Shown in pieces: positions 1-9,263 of a stretch of DNA of 32,000 nt (positions are counted from its first letter, which is position 1; every line of letters begins with the position of its first letter). The stretch is from NCBI GenBank assembly GCA_965219535.1, contig CBDCNV010000001.1, positions 330,001 through 362,000 on the forward strand. Direction: 5' to 3'. This DNA comes from Opitutales bacterium (GTDB lineage: Bacteria > Verrucomicrobiota > Verrucomicrobiia > Opitutales > PNEW01). Position numbers and translations under genes: made by a program. The notes under the pieces were generated by a model, which made no database searches, was not told where the DNA came from, and saw only the letters and a program-made list of their open reading frames with translations.

Positions 1-1401
1 AATCAGTACCCTTGGCGTCAATATAGTGGTGGAAGAGAGAACACTGCCTGGAGAGGTCCGGATGACTGGTTTGACAATACCCATGACTTCAACGTCATAA
101 AGTTCGACTACTCCTTCAGCGAAAATATCAACTATCGCTATGTTGTGATGAACAGACAGCGCGAAAGAGATGTTTTCTTAAGGCAGCCTCGCGGTCTTAT
201 ACGCGGTGGTGAATTCGATGGTTTCCAGGAAATTGGAACTCGTTTCACGATTGAGGAAGAAGACCACACCCATCATCGTCATGACCTGCAATTCAAAACG
301 AATTTCTGGAATATGGATCACAACATTGTGATCGGTTTTGACTCCAGACGCAGAACTTCGAAATTTGTATCGCAGTTTGGTTATCTTACCGATAACGTAG
401 TTCCTTACGATCCCGCCAACCCGTTTCTTAATGATGCAGGTCCAGACGGAGATGAGGAAAGAGTTATTGGATGGCCGAAAGGTGACGCGCCTAGCAAGTC
501 ACAAACCATCGATCGTTTGCATAATGTAGGCGGTGGATTTGGTTTTGATGCTTGGTTTTTTACTGACCAGATTACTGCTTTGGACGGTAGATTACACGTA
601 CTCTTCGGTGCTCGCACAGACAAGATCCAAAACCCTGAAGTACAGGATGAAACTTTCCAAGCTGGTGCGGTCTATGACATATGGCCCGGATTCGGTGTCT
701 TCTTTAGCTGGAGTGAATCTCTCGCTGATAATGGCACAGGACAGGATGCTAATGCTCTAGATCCACAGATTGGTAGTGGTACTGAGTTTGGTGTAAAGTT
801 CGATATCTGGGACGGAAGACTCTCTGGTTCGATGTCATACTTTGATATTGACCGGTCGAATATTCCACGTCAGGTGACGATCTTTGATCCTATAACCGGT
901 AATCGTGCAGGTGAGCGCACCTTCCTTTCCGGGATTGAAAATTCGAGTGGTTTTGATGGAGACATTGTTTATTCGCCATGGGATAACTGGCAGAACTTCT
1001 TCTCCTTCTCCTTCCTCGATACAGAACTCGTCAGTGACGAGACCAATCCTGCTCGTGAAGGTGGTCAATTAGGCGGTGCACCAGGAACCCAATTGAGCGT
1101 GATCTCAAGATACAGCTTTAATGAAGGTCCTCTGGAGGGTGTCGCCGTTGGAATGGGTGTTACATATATGCAAGAGGTAGACCGTAGCGGATTCACGAAT
1201 CTGCCGGACGTACCACGGGGTCGTTACTCCGATGAAATGTATGTTACCAATATGTTCGTTCGCTATAACATCGACTATAAAGACTACGACCTCACTCTTT
1301 TGTTCAATATACATAACTTGTTTGATATTGATGCAGTAGAAAGAAATCAGTCATTTCTTGAGGCTCGCACCTTTAAAGGTGGTGTAAGAATTGGCTTCTA
1401 A
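1..1401 (+). CDS. TonB-dependent outer-membrane receptor, C-terminal part (5' end lies outside the window)
   Basis: Frame 1 is open from base 1 (NQYPWRQYSGG...) into the listed ORF 145..1401. The sequence is Gly/Asp/Phe/Tyr-rich with alternating beta-strand character. It ends ...FKGGVRIGF with a terminal aromatic residue, typical of TonB-dependent beta-barrels. A strong terminator follows. Confidence 0.75.
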   Translation, partial: NQYPWRQYSGGRENTAWRGPDDWFDNTHDFNVIKFDYSFSENINYRYVVMNRQRERDVFLRQPRGLIRGGEFDGFQEIGTRFTIEEEDHTHHRHDLQFKTNFWNMDHNIVIGFDSRRRTSKFVSQFGYLTDNVVPYDPANPFLNDAGPDGDEERVIGWPKGDAPSKSQTIDRLHNVGGGFGFDAWFFTDQITALDGRLHVLFGARTDKIQNPEVQDETFQAGAVYDIWPGFGVFFSWSESLADNGTGQDANALDPQIGSGTEFGVKFDIWDGRLSGSMSYFDIDRSNIPRQVTIFDPITGNRAGERTFLSGIENSSGFDGDIVYSPWDNWQNFFSFSFLDTELVSDETNPAREGGQLGGAPGTQLSVISRYSFNEGPLEGVAVGMGVTYMQEVDRSGFTNLPDVPRGRYSDEMYVTNMFVRYNIDYKDYDLTLLFNIHNLFDIDAVERNQSFLEARTFKGGVRIGF

Positions 1402-1430
1402 CCTATAGTTTGCAGTTTTAATTAAACCTA

Positions 1431-1468
1431 ACAGGGGCATTGTTGAAAAACAATGCCCCTGTTTTTTT
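1431..1468 (+). terminator. Rho-independent terminator of the receptor gene
   Basis: Perfect 14-bp stem acaggggcattgtt (1431-1444) / aacaatgcccctgt (1449-1462) with loop gaaa. A T7 run at 1462-1468 overlaps the last stem base. It starts 30 nt after the stop codon. Confidence 0.9.
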
Positions 1469-1502
1469 ATAAACGCATAGGTAAAGGTGAGATCTATCTA
1501 AG

Positions 1503-1522
1503 ATTCATTTAAGAAAATGAAT
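1503..1522. promoter_or_regulatory. Perfect inverted repeat ATTCATTT-N4-AAATGAAT upstream of ndh (possible operator)
   Basis: attcattt (1503-1510), aaga, aaatgaat (1515-1522), ending 38 nt before the ndh ATG at 1561. AT-rich, and no known regulator consensus recognised. Confidence 0.25.
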
Positions 1523-1560
1523 GCTGTTTTTAGATTAGGTCTGTATTAAATTAATAAGAG

Positions 1561-2853
1561 ATGAAGGAAAAAGTGGGGCCGAAAAAAAGGAGGCATGTGA
1601 TTGTATTAGGAGCCGGATTTGGCGGATTGGAATTCTGCAAAAAATTTTCTATTGAAGAAGCTGAGATCATTGTTATCGACCGGCAAAATCATCACCTCTT
1701 TCAACCGCTGCTTTATCAAGTTGCATCTGCAGGATTGTCTGCCCCTGAAATTGCACAGCCCATTCGTCAGATCTTTTCGGGTAGAACGGACATATCTATA
1801 GTTTTAGATGAAGTTCTAGCAATTGACTTAAATGAGAGGAAGGTTCGACTGCGGGAGAGCGATACCGAGCTCACTTATGATTATCTCATTATCGCGCTTG
1901 GCGCACAGACGAATTATTTTGGGAACGACAGCTGGTCAGTATATTCGCATGGATTGAAGACGCTTGATGATGCAACACGCATTCGTCATCGCGTGCTTCT
2001 TGCATTTGAGAAAGCAGAATACGCGGGCAATGATTCTATCCGAGAACGCCTAATGACGATTGTCGTCATTGGCGGAGGGCCGACAGGGGTGGAGTTAGCG
2101 GGTGCGTTTGCGGAACTCGTGCGCCATGTTTTCAAAAGAGACTTTCGACATATCGATCCCTCGAAGGCGAGGATCATTCTTATCGAAGCGGCGCCACGAA
2201 TTTTATTAAGTTTTCCCGAGAGACTCGCAAGGAGAGGTAGAGAACAACTTGAAAAACTTGGTGTGGAAATTCGGACTGGAGCTAAAGTAAATGAAATTAA
2301 GAAGGGAGAGGTAGTACTGGAAAATGAAATCATTGAGGCTGAGAATATAATCTGGAGCGCGGGTGTTTGTGCCAATCCGATCACGCGCGAACTTAATGTG
2401 GAGAAGGATAAATCCGGACGGATAAAGGTAAGTGCTGATTTGAGTCTGCCTGGATTTTCCAATGTTTTTGCAGTGGGAGATATTGCGGCATTGGTAGATG
2501 CCAATGGCAGGTCTGTTCCGGGAGTTTCCCCCGCTGCGATGCAAATGGCCACCTATGTAGCAATGGTGTTGAAGCTTGAACTGAAAGCGCCGGCAGGTCA
2601 TAGCCCTCCACGGCCGCCATTTATCTATTGGGATAAAGGTTCAATGGCAACGATAGGGCGTTCAGCTGCAGTAGCGAAGATTGGCCGCTTAGAGATCAGT
2701 GGCCTGCTCGCCTGGCTATCCTGGTTATTTGTCCATCTAATTTTTCTCATCGGATTTCGCAATAAATTGGCTGTTTTATTACAGTGGTTTTATTCCTACA
2801 TTAATTATAAACGAGGCGCGCGTATAATCACTGGTTTAAATAGGGATGATTAA
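1561..2853 (+). CDS. ndh: Type II NADH dehydrogenase (NDH-2), FAD-dependent pyridine nucleotide-disulfide oxidoreductase
   Basis: N-terminal dinucleotide fold VIVLGAGFGGLEF. HHLFQPLLYQVA motif. Second Rossmann motif VVIGGGPTGVELAG. FAVGDIA motif. C-terminal amphipathic/membrane-anchoring tail. Confidence 0.9.
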   Translation: MKEKVGPKKRRHVIVLGAGFGGLEFCKKFSIEEAEIIVIDRQNHHLFQPLLYQVASAGLSAPEIAQPIRQIFSGRTDISIVLDEVLAIDLNERKVRLRESDTELTYDYLIIALGAQTNYFGNDSWSVYSHGLKTLDDATRIRHRVLLAFEKAEYAGNDSIRERLMTIVVIGGGPTGVELAGAFAELVRHVFKRDFRHIDPSKARIILIEAAPRILLSFPERLARRGREQLEKLGVEIRTGAKVNEIKKGEVVLENEIIEAENIIWSAGVCANPITRELNVEKDKSGRIKVSADLSLPGFSNVFAVGDIAALVDANGRSVPGVSPAAMQMATYVAMVLKLELKAPAGHSPPRPPFIYWDKGSMATIGRSAAVAKIGRLEISGLLAWLSWLFVHLIFLIGFRNKLAVLLQWFYSYINYKRGARIITGLNRDD

Positions 2854-2973
2854 TCTGCATGTTTAATATACAATTTAATATATAATTTATAGATAAGATG
2901 CGTTATCTTATTAATTTGGTATTGGTTGTATTTTGACGTCTCAGATTTCTTATATGTGTAGCCACCGTTTTCT

Positions 2974-4701
2974 ATGAAAGAATCAGAGCCCTACTGGCGA
3001 AATCTTAAGCACTGGGTATACTTTGCATTAATCGGTATTATTACATGTGCAGTATTTGCAAATTTACCGACGAATGCGCCCGAGTCACTCGATGGTAAGT
3101 TTGTCGGGCACTGGACGTCTATTTTGCCCCCTCTGCTCGCAGTAAGTGTGGCAATTTTTTTTCGGACCTTGGTTTGGGCATTGACGAGCGCTTTTTTACT
3201 TGGAGCTTTTCTGGCCTTTGGGCCGTCACCTTGGGTGGCTATTTCTTCAGCGGTGAACCAGTTCATCTGGGCCAATCTTACGACGCAGTTTAATATTTAT
3301 ATATTCGGCTTCCTCTTCGCTCTCGTCGGATTGATTCATGTAACCTATAAAAGCGGCGGTATCGATGGTCTGGTTGCGATTTTTTCACGTTTCGCAAAAA
3401 GCAGGCGTTCGACTAAGATAACGACAATGCTGGCCGGCTTGGCCATTTTTTTTGACGATTACTCAAACACTATAGTCGTCGGTTCAACGATGCGTAAGTT
3501 GACCGATAAATGGAGAATATCTCGCGAAAAACTCGCTTATATCGTAGACTCTACTACTGCTCCGGTCGCAGGATTAGCGCTCATTTCAACCTGGATTGGC
3601 TTTGAAGTTTGGCTGTTGGGAGAGACCGCGCGTGGTCTTGGGATGGACATTGGCGGCTATTCCATTTTTCTCAAGCTCATCCCTTTAAGATTCTATTGCT
3701 GGGGAACTCTAATCTTTATTTTGCTAAGTTCGCTTACAGAGCGTGATTTTGGTTCCATGTACCGAGCTGAAAAAAGAGCAGCGGTCGAAGGCAAGCTACT
3801 GGACGATGATGCACATCTTTTAACCCGTGACGGAGGTGATAATGAACCGGCGCCTGAAGTCCCCCGCCGTTGGATTAATGCCGCCCTCCCGCTGCTTGTA
3901 GTCATAGGAGGTATCTTAATTGGCGTCATTGTTGTCGGATATAAGCAATTACTCGCCAGGGGTGAGACTTATTCCATTTTTTCATTAAGTGAGTGGGACC
4001 GATTTATTGCTACGGCTGCTCAATCAAGTGAGGGAACGATGAGCGTCCTCTTCTGGTCATCCGTTGCTGGGGGAGTTATCGCAATTGCTCTCGCGTGGGG
4101 GCAAAACATTCTTTCCGTTAAGGAATCTTTCCAGGCATTTTTCCAGTCAATTAAAACTCTGCGGTTGGCAATATTTATAATCGTTATGGCTTGGGCGATG
4201 AGTACTATTAGTCAGACACTCGGTACGGATACTTACCTTGTTTCACTACTGGATGACCGGTTACCTCTATGGTTACTCCCGCTATTCACTTTCGTCCTTG
4301 CCGGAGTTATTTCATTTTCCACGGGTTCCAGCTGGGCGACAATGGGTATCCTTATCCCTGTAATCTTGCCCTTGATGTATTCGATGGAAACTTCTGACAA
4401 TGGTAGCAATGTGCTATTTTTTCTCGCCGCCGCCGCTGTTCTTGACGGGGCTATTTTTGGCGATCATTGTAGCCCAATTAGTGATACCACGGTCCTCTCT
4501 TCATTTTCATCAGCATGTGACCACCTCGACCATGTAGCAACCCAACTCCCTTACGCTTTAACGACGATGATATTCGCCTCAATTCTTGGGTATATCTTTG
4601 TAGCGCTTGGCGTTTCCAGCTGGACTTTTTTTATTCTTTTTCCGATCACGGCTTTTCTTTTCCTAAGGGTCGTGGGTAAAAAGGTAGAAACGGACATCTG
4701 A
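2974..4701 (+). CDS. NhaC-family Na+/H+ antiporter-like membrane transporter
   Basis: 575 aa and polytopic. FFDDYSNTIVVGSTMR and SSWATMGILIPV motifs are characteristic of the NhaC C-terminal family. A hydrophilic central loop is present. Confidence 0.75.
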   Translation: MKESEPYWRNLKHWVYFALIGIITCAVFANLPTNAPESLDGKFVGHWTSILPPLLAVSVAIFFRTLVWALTSAFLLGAFLAFGPSPWVAISSAVNQFIWANLTTQFNIYIFGFLFALVGLIHVTYKSGGIDGLVAIFSRFAKSRRSTKITTMLAGLAIFFDDYSNTIVVGSTMRKLTDKWRISREKLAYIVDSTTAPVAGLALISTWIGFEVWLLGETARGLGMDIGGYSIFLKLIPLRFYCWGTLIFILLSSLTERDFGSMYRAEKRAAVEGKLLDDDAHLLTRDGGDNEPAPEVPRRWINAALPLLVVIGGILIGVIVVGYKQLLARGETYSIFSLSEWDRFIATAAQSSEGTMSVLFWSSVAGGVIAIALAWGQNILSVKESFQAFFQSIKTLRLAIFIIVMAWAMSTISQTLGTDTYLVSLLDDRLPLWLLPLFTFVLAGVISFSTGSSWATMGILIPVILPLMYSMETSDNGSNVLFFLAAAAVLDGAIFGDHCSPISDTTVLSSFSSACDHLDHVATQLPYALTTMIFASILGYIFVALGVSSWTFFILFPITAFLFLRVVGKKVETDI

Positions 4702-4894
4702 GGGTTATGAACGATAAGCTCAGTAGACATATATTAAAAAAATGATTAGTTTTCATTGAAATATTAAGGTCTGCTTTTAAAAACTATTACTCATCGGTTC
4801 GAAATTAATAGTGTCCAATTTTAAAATAATAACCTTAGATTATTTGTTCGATGATTCTTCTATCCACAATACAGAATGATTCTAATTAACAATT

Positions 4895-5431
4895 ATGATA
4901 TTAACGGATAGTGAAATTCTCAAAGCAATAGAAAATGGTGACATTGTTATTGATCCTTTTGACCGCGTTAATCTTGGAACCAACAGTTATGATGTACATC
5001 TAGGAAACACCCTCGCTGTTTATGAGGATAAGGTGCTCGATGCGAAAAAGCATAATAAGGTGAACCGTATTGTTATTTCTCAGGAGGGTATAATTCTTGA
5101 GCCGAACCGAATTTATCTTGGGGCTACAGCTGAATACACAGAAACTCATAACTTTGTCCCATTTTTGGAGGGTAAATCCAGTATTGGCAGGCTTGGTATC
5201 GATATTCATGCCACCGCAGGCAAAGGCGATGTCGGTTATTGCAATCACTGGACTTTAGAAATATCCGTCCATCAGCCGGTAAAGATCTATAGGGGTATGC
5301 CGGTGGGACAACTTATATACTTCGAGATCAAAGGAGAGGTAGAGACCCCGTACCATTCCAAAGCTTCATCAAAGTACACCGTAAAAACTTCATTCCCCGT
5401 TGAATCCATGATGTGGAAAAACTTTTCTTAG
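4895..5431 (+). CDS. dcd: dCTP deaminase
   Basis: 178 aa. MILTDSEILKAIENGDIVIDPF, YDVHLG and EGKSSIGRLGI match the Dcd/dUTPase-fold family over the full length. Confidence 0.9.
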   Translation: MILTDSEILKAIENGDIVIDPFDRVNLGTNSYDVHLGNTLAVYEDKVLDAKKHNKVNRIVISQEGIILEPNRIYLGATAEYTETHNFVPFLEGKSSIGRLGIDIHATAGKGDVGYCNHWTLEISVHQPVKIYRGMPVGQLIYFEIKGEVETPYHSKASSKYTVKTSFPVESMMWKNFS

Positions 5432-5468
5432 GTGATTTTTTTATTGCTAGTTTTTAATTTATAGGAAT

Positions 5469-6416
5469 ATGTCAAAACCCAAGATAGCACTCTCCACCTG
5501 TTGGTGTTCACAGCGTCATATCGACGGCTATGAGATGATAAAGGAAATGGTCGACCTCGGATTCGAATATGTCGATTTAAGCCATGGAGTGCGTATTTCT
5601 CTAATTCCCGGTTTGCTGCGCGCGGTGGATGAAAAATTAATGAAAGTTTCTTCCGTCCATAATTTCTGCCCTCTTCCTACAGGTATTAGCCATGCCGCGC
5701 CTAATTTATATCAACCTTCTTCCCCTGAACGTAAAGAGAGGCAACTGTGGGTGCGCCAAACTTCACGAACCATTGATTTTGCTTCACGCGTCGGTGCCGA
5801 TCGTATCGTTGCTCATTTTGGCAGTATCTCTTTTTTTTGGACGGATCCGGAAAGAACGATCCACCGACTGCGCGCTGGAAGAGATTCTATAACCATAAAC
5901 AGTGATGAACGCTATCGTCGTTTAGTGGAGAAATACCTCGTTAAAGCGCGCCGAAAATCTGTTGTTGTCATGGACCGTGTCCGTCAATGCCTGGAAGAAG
6001 TGATCCCTTTAGCAAAGGAAAAAGGTATCCGGTTCGGAGTTGAAAATCGGGAAGGTTTTATGGAAACACCACTCGACGAAGATAACATGAATTTAGTGGA
6101 AAGTTTTATCGATAGTGGTGCGATTGGGACATGGCATGACACTGGGCACGCCAAGCTTAAAGAGCAGATGGGAATCATCGATCATGCCCAATTTCTGGAA
6201 CAGACTCACCAACATCTGCTCGGCTTTCATCTGAAAGATGTCACCGCGAAAGGTTGGGACAATCAGGCATTGGGTACAGGCACAGTTGATTTTGCAATGG
6301 TGAAAAAATATTTTCGACCAGAACATGTTTTAGTCATTGAATTGAGTCCGCGCCTTGCGTCCGAGGAAGTGATACATTCACGTGATTATCTATCCAAGCT
6401 GATCGGAGAGAGTTGA
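5469..6416 (+). CDS. Sugar phosphate isomerase/epimerase-like protein (xylose isomerase-like TIM barrel)
   Basis: 315 aa. The pattern of conserved H/D/E residues (HNFCP, VAHFG, FGVENREG, WHDTGH, HLKD) is typical of the AP-endonuclease-2/xylose-isomerase-like TIM-barrel family. Substrate unknown. Confidence 0.65.
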   Translation: MSKPKIALSTCWCSQRHIDGYEMIKEMVDLGFEYVDLSHGVRISLIPGLLRAVDEKLMKVSSVHNFCPLPTGISHAAPNLYQPSSPERKERQLWVRQTSRTIDFASRVGADRIVAHFGSISFFWTDPERTIHRLRAGRDSITINSDERYRRLVEKYLVKARRKSVVVMDRVRQCLEEVIPLAKEKGIRFGVENREGFMETPLDEDNMNLVESFIDSGAIGTWHDTGHAKLKEQMGIIDHAQFLEQTHQHLLGFHLKDVTAKGWDNQALGTGTVDFAMVKKYFRPEHVLVIELSPRLASEEVIHSRDYLSKLIGES

Positions 6417-7750
6417 TGAAAAGCATTTTAATATTAAATGCAAATTGCGTTAACGAGGGGACAATTCAAAACAGGGATATTTATATAAAAGAAGGTCGTA
6501 TCGAAAGGGTGGGGACGGACTTGGCATCTCTACCTGCGGACCAGGTTATTAATGCTGAGGGACGATTCCTTTTACCTGGTATGATTGACGACCAAGTACA
6601 TTTTCGCGAACCCGGTTCCCCTCATATTGCTAATATATTTTCCGAATCACGTGCAGTTGTCGCGGGTGGAATTACGAGTTACATGGAAATGCCGAATACG
6701 CATCCACCAACGGTAGACCGTAAGCGTATTGTCGAAAAACTTAAAATAGCGTCCCAGCATTCTTTCGCTAACTATGCCTTCTACCTGGGCGCGACTGATG
6801 ATAATCTTGAAGAAATACAAAACGTAAATGGACGAGAAACTTGCGGTATAAAAATCTTTATGGGATCTTCAACGGGGAGCCTACTTGTCGATGACCCCGA
6901 ATCTCTGGAGAGAATCTTTGCCCATGCACCGATTATAATTGCTACTCATTGTGAAGATAATTCCTTGATAAAAGATAACGAAAAAATCTATCGCCAGAAA
7001 TATGGCGAGGATATTCCATTTAGCTATCATCCTTTGATTCGAAATGTCGAGGCCTGCTTTAAATCATCATCTTTTGCGATCGAACTGGCACGTCGACACG
7101 GGACGAAGTTACATGTATTGCATATTACAACGGCGGATGAGCTTGCGTTGTTTTCTGATCTTCAACTTGAAGAAAAACAGATTACTGCTGAAGCTTGTGT
7201 CCATCATTTATTCTTTGACGATTCTTACTATGAAAAAAAGGGTTCACTTATAAAATGTAATCCCGCGATTAAAACTCAAAATGATCGGGATGCCATACGC
7301 CAGGCGGTCATTGATAACAAGATTGATGTTATTGCCACTGATCATGCGCCCCACGCACTAGAAGAAAAAAAGAATTCATATTTTAATGCACCCTCAGGCA
7401 TGCCGTTAGGACAGCATGCACTGATCTCTCTACTTGAACACTATCACGCGGGGCTTTTTTCCCTCGAGCTGATTGTCGAGAAAACCAGCCATGCGGTAGC
7501 GAGGCTGTTTCAACTGGAAGATAGAGGATTTATTCGCGAAGGGTATTGGGCCGATTTAGTACTGATTGATGTGAATAAAACATATACCGTTAGCGAAGAA
7601 AATGTTCTCTACAAATGTGGGTGGTCGCCGTTTACCGGTTTTACCTTCAAATCCTCAATTGATACCACTATTGTCTCAGGTCATATCGCTTATCAAAAGG
7701 GGCAGGTGGATCCTAAACCTGCGGGGAAACAATTATATTTTACGAGGTAA
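6413..7750 (+). CDS. pyrC: Dihydroorotase (cyclic amidohydrolase, long form)
   Basis: PGMIDDQVHFREPG metal-binding motif, ATDHAPH and a GxxADLV-like motif. The track start is TTG at 6413. ATG at 6416 (overlapping the upstream TGA as TGATG) is the more likely start. Confidence 0.85.
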   Translation: MMKSILILNANCVNEGTIQNRDIYIKEGRIERVGTDLASLPADQVINAEGRFLLPGMIDDQVHFREPGSPHIANIFSESRAVVAGGITSYMEMPNTHPPTVDRKRIVEKLKIASQHSFANYAFYLGATDDNLEEIQNVNGRETCGIKIFMGSSTGSLLVDDPESLERIFAHAPIIIATHCEDNSLIKDNEKIYRQKYGEDIPFSYHPLIRNVEACFKSSSFAIELARRHGTKLHVLHITTADELALFSDLQLEEKQITAEACVHHLFFDDSYYEKKGSLIKCNPAIKTQNDRDAIRQAVIDNKIDVIATDHAPHALEEKKNSYFNAPSGMPLGQHALISLLEHYHAGLFSLELIVEKTSHAVARLFQLEDRGFIREGYWADLVLIDVNKTYTVSEENVLYKCGWSPFTGFTFKSSIDTTIVSGHIAYQKGQVDPKPAGKQLYFTR

Positions 7751-7963
7751 AAAAGATCATCTTGGATTACACATTAAAAAGATGAATAATTCCTGCTCCT
7801 CATAAGTCCAAGCTCTTGCCCCTCTTTGACATAGATACTATCGAATTCAGGCCCTGGTTTAATTAATTTTTGGGATCAATTTTTGGTGACAAATCATGCT
7901 TAAGCTCTAAATTTATGGTTTTTCTAATTAATTTATTATAGAAACATAGAAAGGATAAATCTC

Positions 7964-8374
7964 ATGAACAAAGAAAAATTTATTTTATCATGTGTAAGTG
8001 TATTCGCATTTATTTTCCTATTTGATTGGGTTATGCATGATTATGTCATTAAAAACCTCTATGACGATACTTCATCTTTATGGAGGCACGATGAAGAGAT
8101 TATGTATTTCTTATTTTGGCGCGTATTTGGACAGCTCATGTTGGCCGTATTTTTTTGCTTAATCTTTCTGCACGGATATGAAAACAAGGGGTTGGGAGAG
8201 GGTGCACGTTATGGTTTGTTAATAGGTCTATTAATGACTGCTCCCATATTTATTCAGTTTGCAGTTCAACCCCTGCCTACAAATCTCCTTGTCTCCTGGT
8301 TAGTGGGAGGCGTACTGGAATTAATATTAGCCGGGGTTATTCTAGCCGCCATATATCGTCCCGCCAGGAAGTGA
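7964..8374 (+). CDS. Small integral membrane protein, function unknown
   Basis: 136 aa with about 4 predicted hydrophobic helices. ATG is preceded by aaaggataaatctc. No family recognised. Confidence 0.55.
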   Translation: MNKEKFILSCVSVFAFIFLFDWVMHDYVIKNLYDDTSSLWRHDEEIMYFLFWRVFGQLMLAVFFCLIFLHGYENKGLGEGARYGLLIGLLMTAPIFIQFAVQPLPTNLLVSWLVGGVLELILAGVILAAIYRPARK

Positions 8375-8435
8375 GTTGCCGATTAAGACGAGTAGATTAA
8401 ATTCAGCTTAGGTATTTGTTACTTATCTAAGTAAT

Positions 8436-9227
8436 ATGAAATTAAGGGAATCGCAAAGCTTAGATAGACGAGAAATTTATCAACTTGCTTTAAAAATAAG
8501 AGAAAGTGGCGCCCTTTATGATCTGAATAATACAGATCAGGAAAGCAATTTCCGAGGCAGTATTGACCGCTTTAGTTGGATAGCTTATGAATTCAGGAAC
8601 CAGGAAAAAATTCTGGATGTAGGACCCGGGCCCGGTTTACTCCTCTCATTGTTACACGAACTGGGTCACGAGTGTTTCGCGATCGATATCGTCGACAACA
8701 GAGAGAAATTTCCAGGTATTTTTTTGAAAAAAGATATTTCATTCCAACAGTGTAATGTTGAGGTGGATCCGATCCCTTTTCCCGATAATTATTTTGATGG
8801 AGTAGTATGCTGTCAGGTCCTTGAGCATTTTTCCCATTCACACCTATATGCGATAAGGGAAATGCACCGTGTCTTAAAGCCGGGGGGCATCATTGAATTG
8901 GATGTGCCTAATGTGGTTAGCTTTAGAAATAGATCCCGTATTCTCAGGGGGAAAAATATTACTTATGACTACGAAGCACATTATTTACATGCTGACCCCA
9001 TTTTATATAAGAACCTTGCATTTTACCCCGATAGGCATAACAGGGAGTTTACGATAAAGGAGTTGAAGATATTATTGGGAGCGGGCGAATTTAAAAATAT
9101 TCGTTGCTCTTTTTTAAAGTCGCGACGTTACCGGACGGGTTTATCACGCGTCAGATCGCTGGGGACGATGCTTAAAGATATGGTGCCATCACTTCGTAAA
9201 TCTTTAATTGGATTTGCCGAAAAATAG
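8436..9227 (+). CDS. Class I SAM-dependent methyltransferase
   Basis: Motif I ILDVGPGPGLL, acidic loop AIDI, post-I region DGVVCCQVLEH, and motif III LKPGGIIELDVPN. Confidence 0.8.
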   Translation: MKLRESQSLDRREIYQLALKIRESGALYDLNNTDQESNFRGSIDRFSWIAYEFRNQEKILDVGPGPGLLLSLLHELGHECFAIDIVDNREKFPGIFLKKDISFQQCNVEVDPIPFPDNYFDGVVCCQVLEHFSHSHLYAIREMHRVLKPGGIIELDVPNVVSFRNRSRILRGKNITYDYEAHYLHADPILYKNLAFYPDRHNREFTIKELKILLGAGEFKNIRCSFLKSRRYRTGLSRVRSLGTMLKDMVPSLRKSLIGFAEK

Positions 9228-9263
9228 TATTTTATTTTAATGTTCCTCTATTCATTACCTGTC

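Noticed and set aside
1986-2620. Antisense ORFs of 188, 131 and 75 aa opposite ndh.
   Set aside because: They are fully embedded in a confidently identified NDH-2 gene, with low-complexity Ser/Pro/Arg-rich translations and no start context.
4796-4804. GGTTCGAAA, resembling a tRNA T-loop, in the NhaC-dcd intergenic region.
   Set aside because: The flanking bases cannot form a T-stem, acceptor stem or anticodon arm, so this is an isolated motif.
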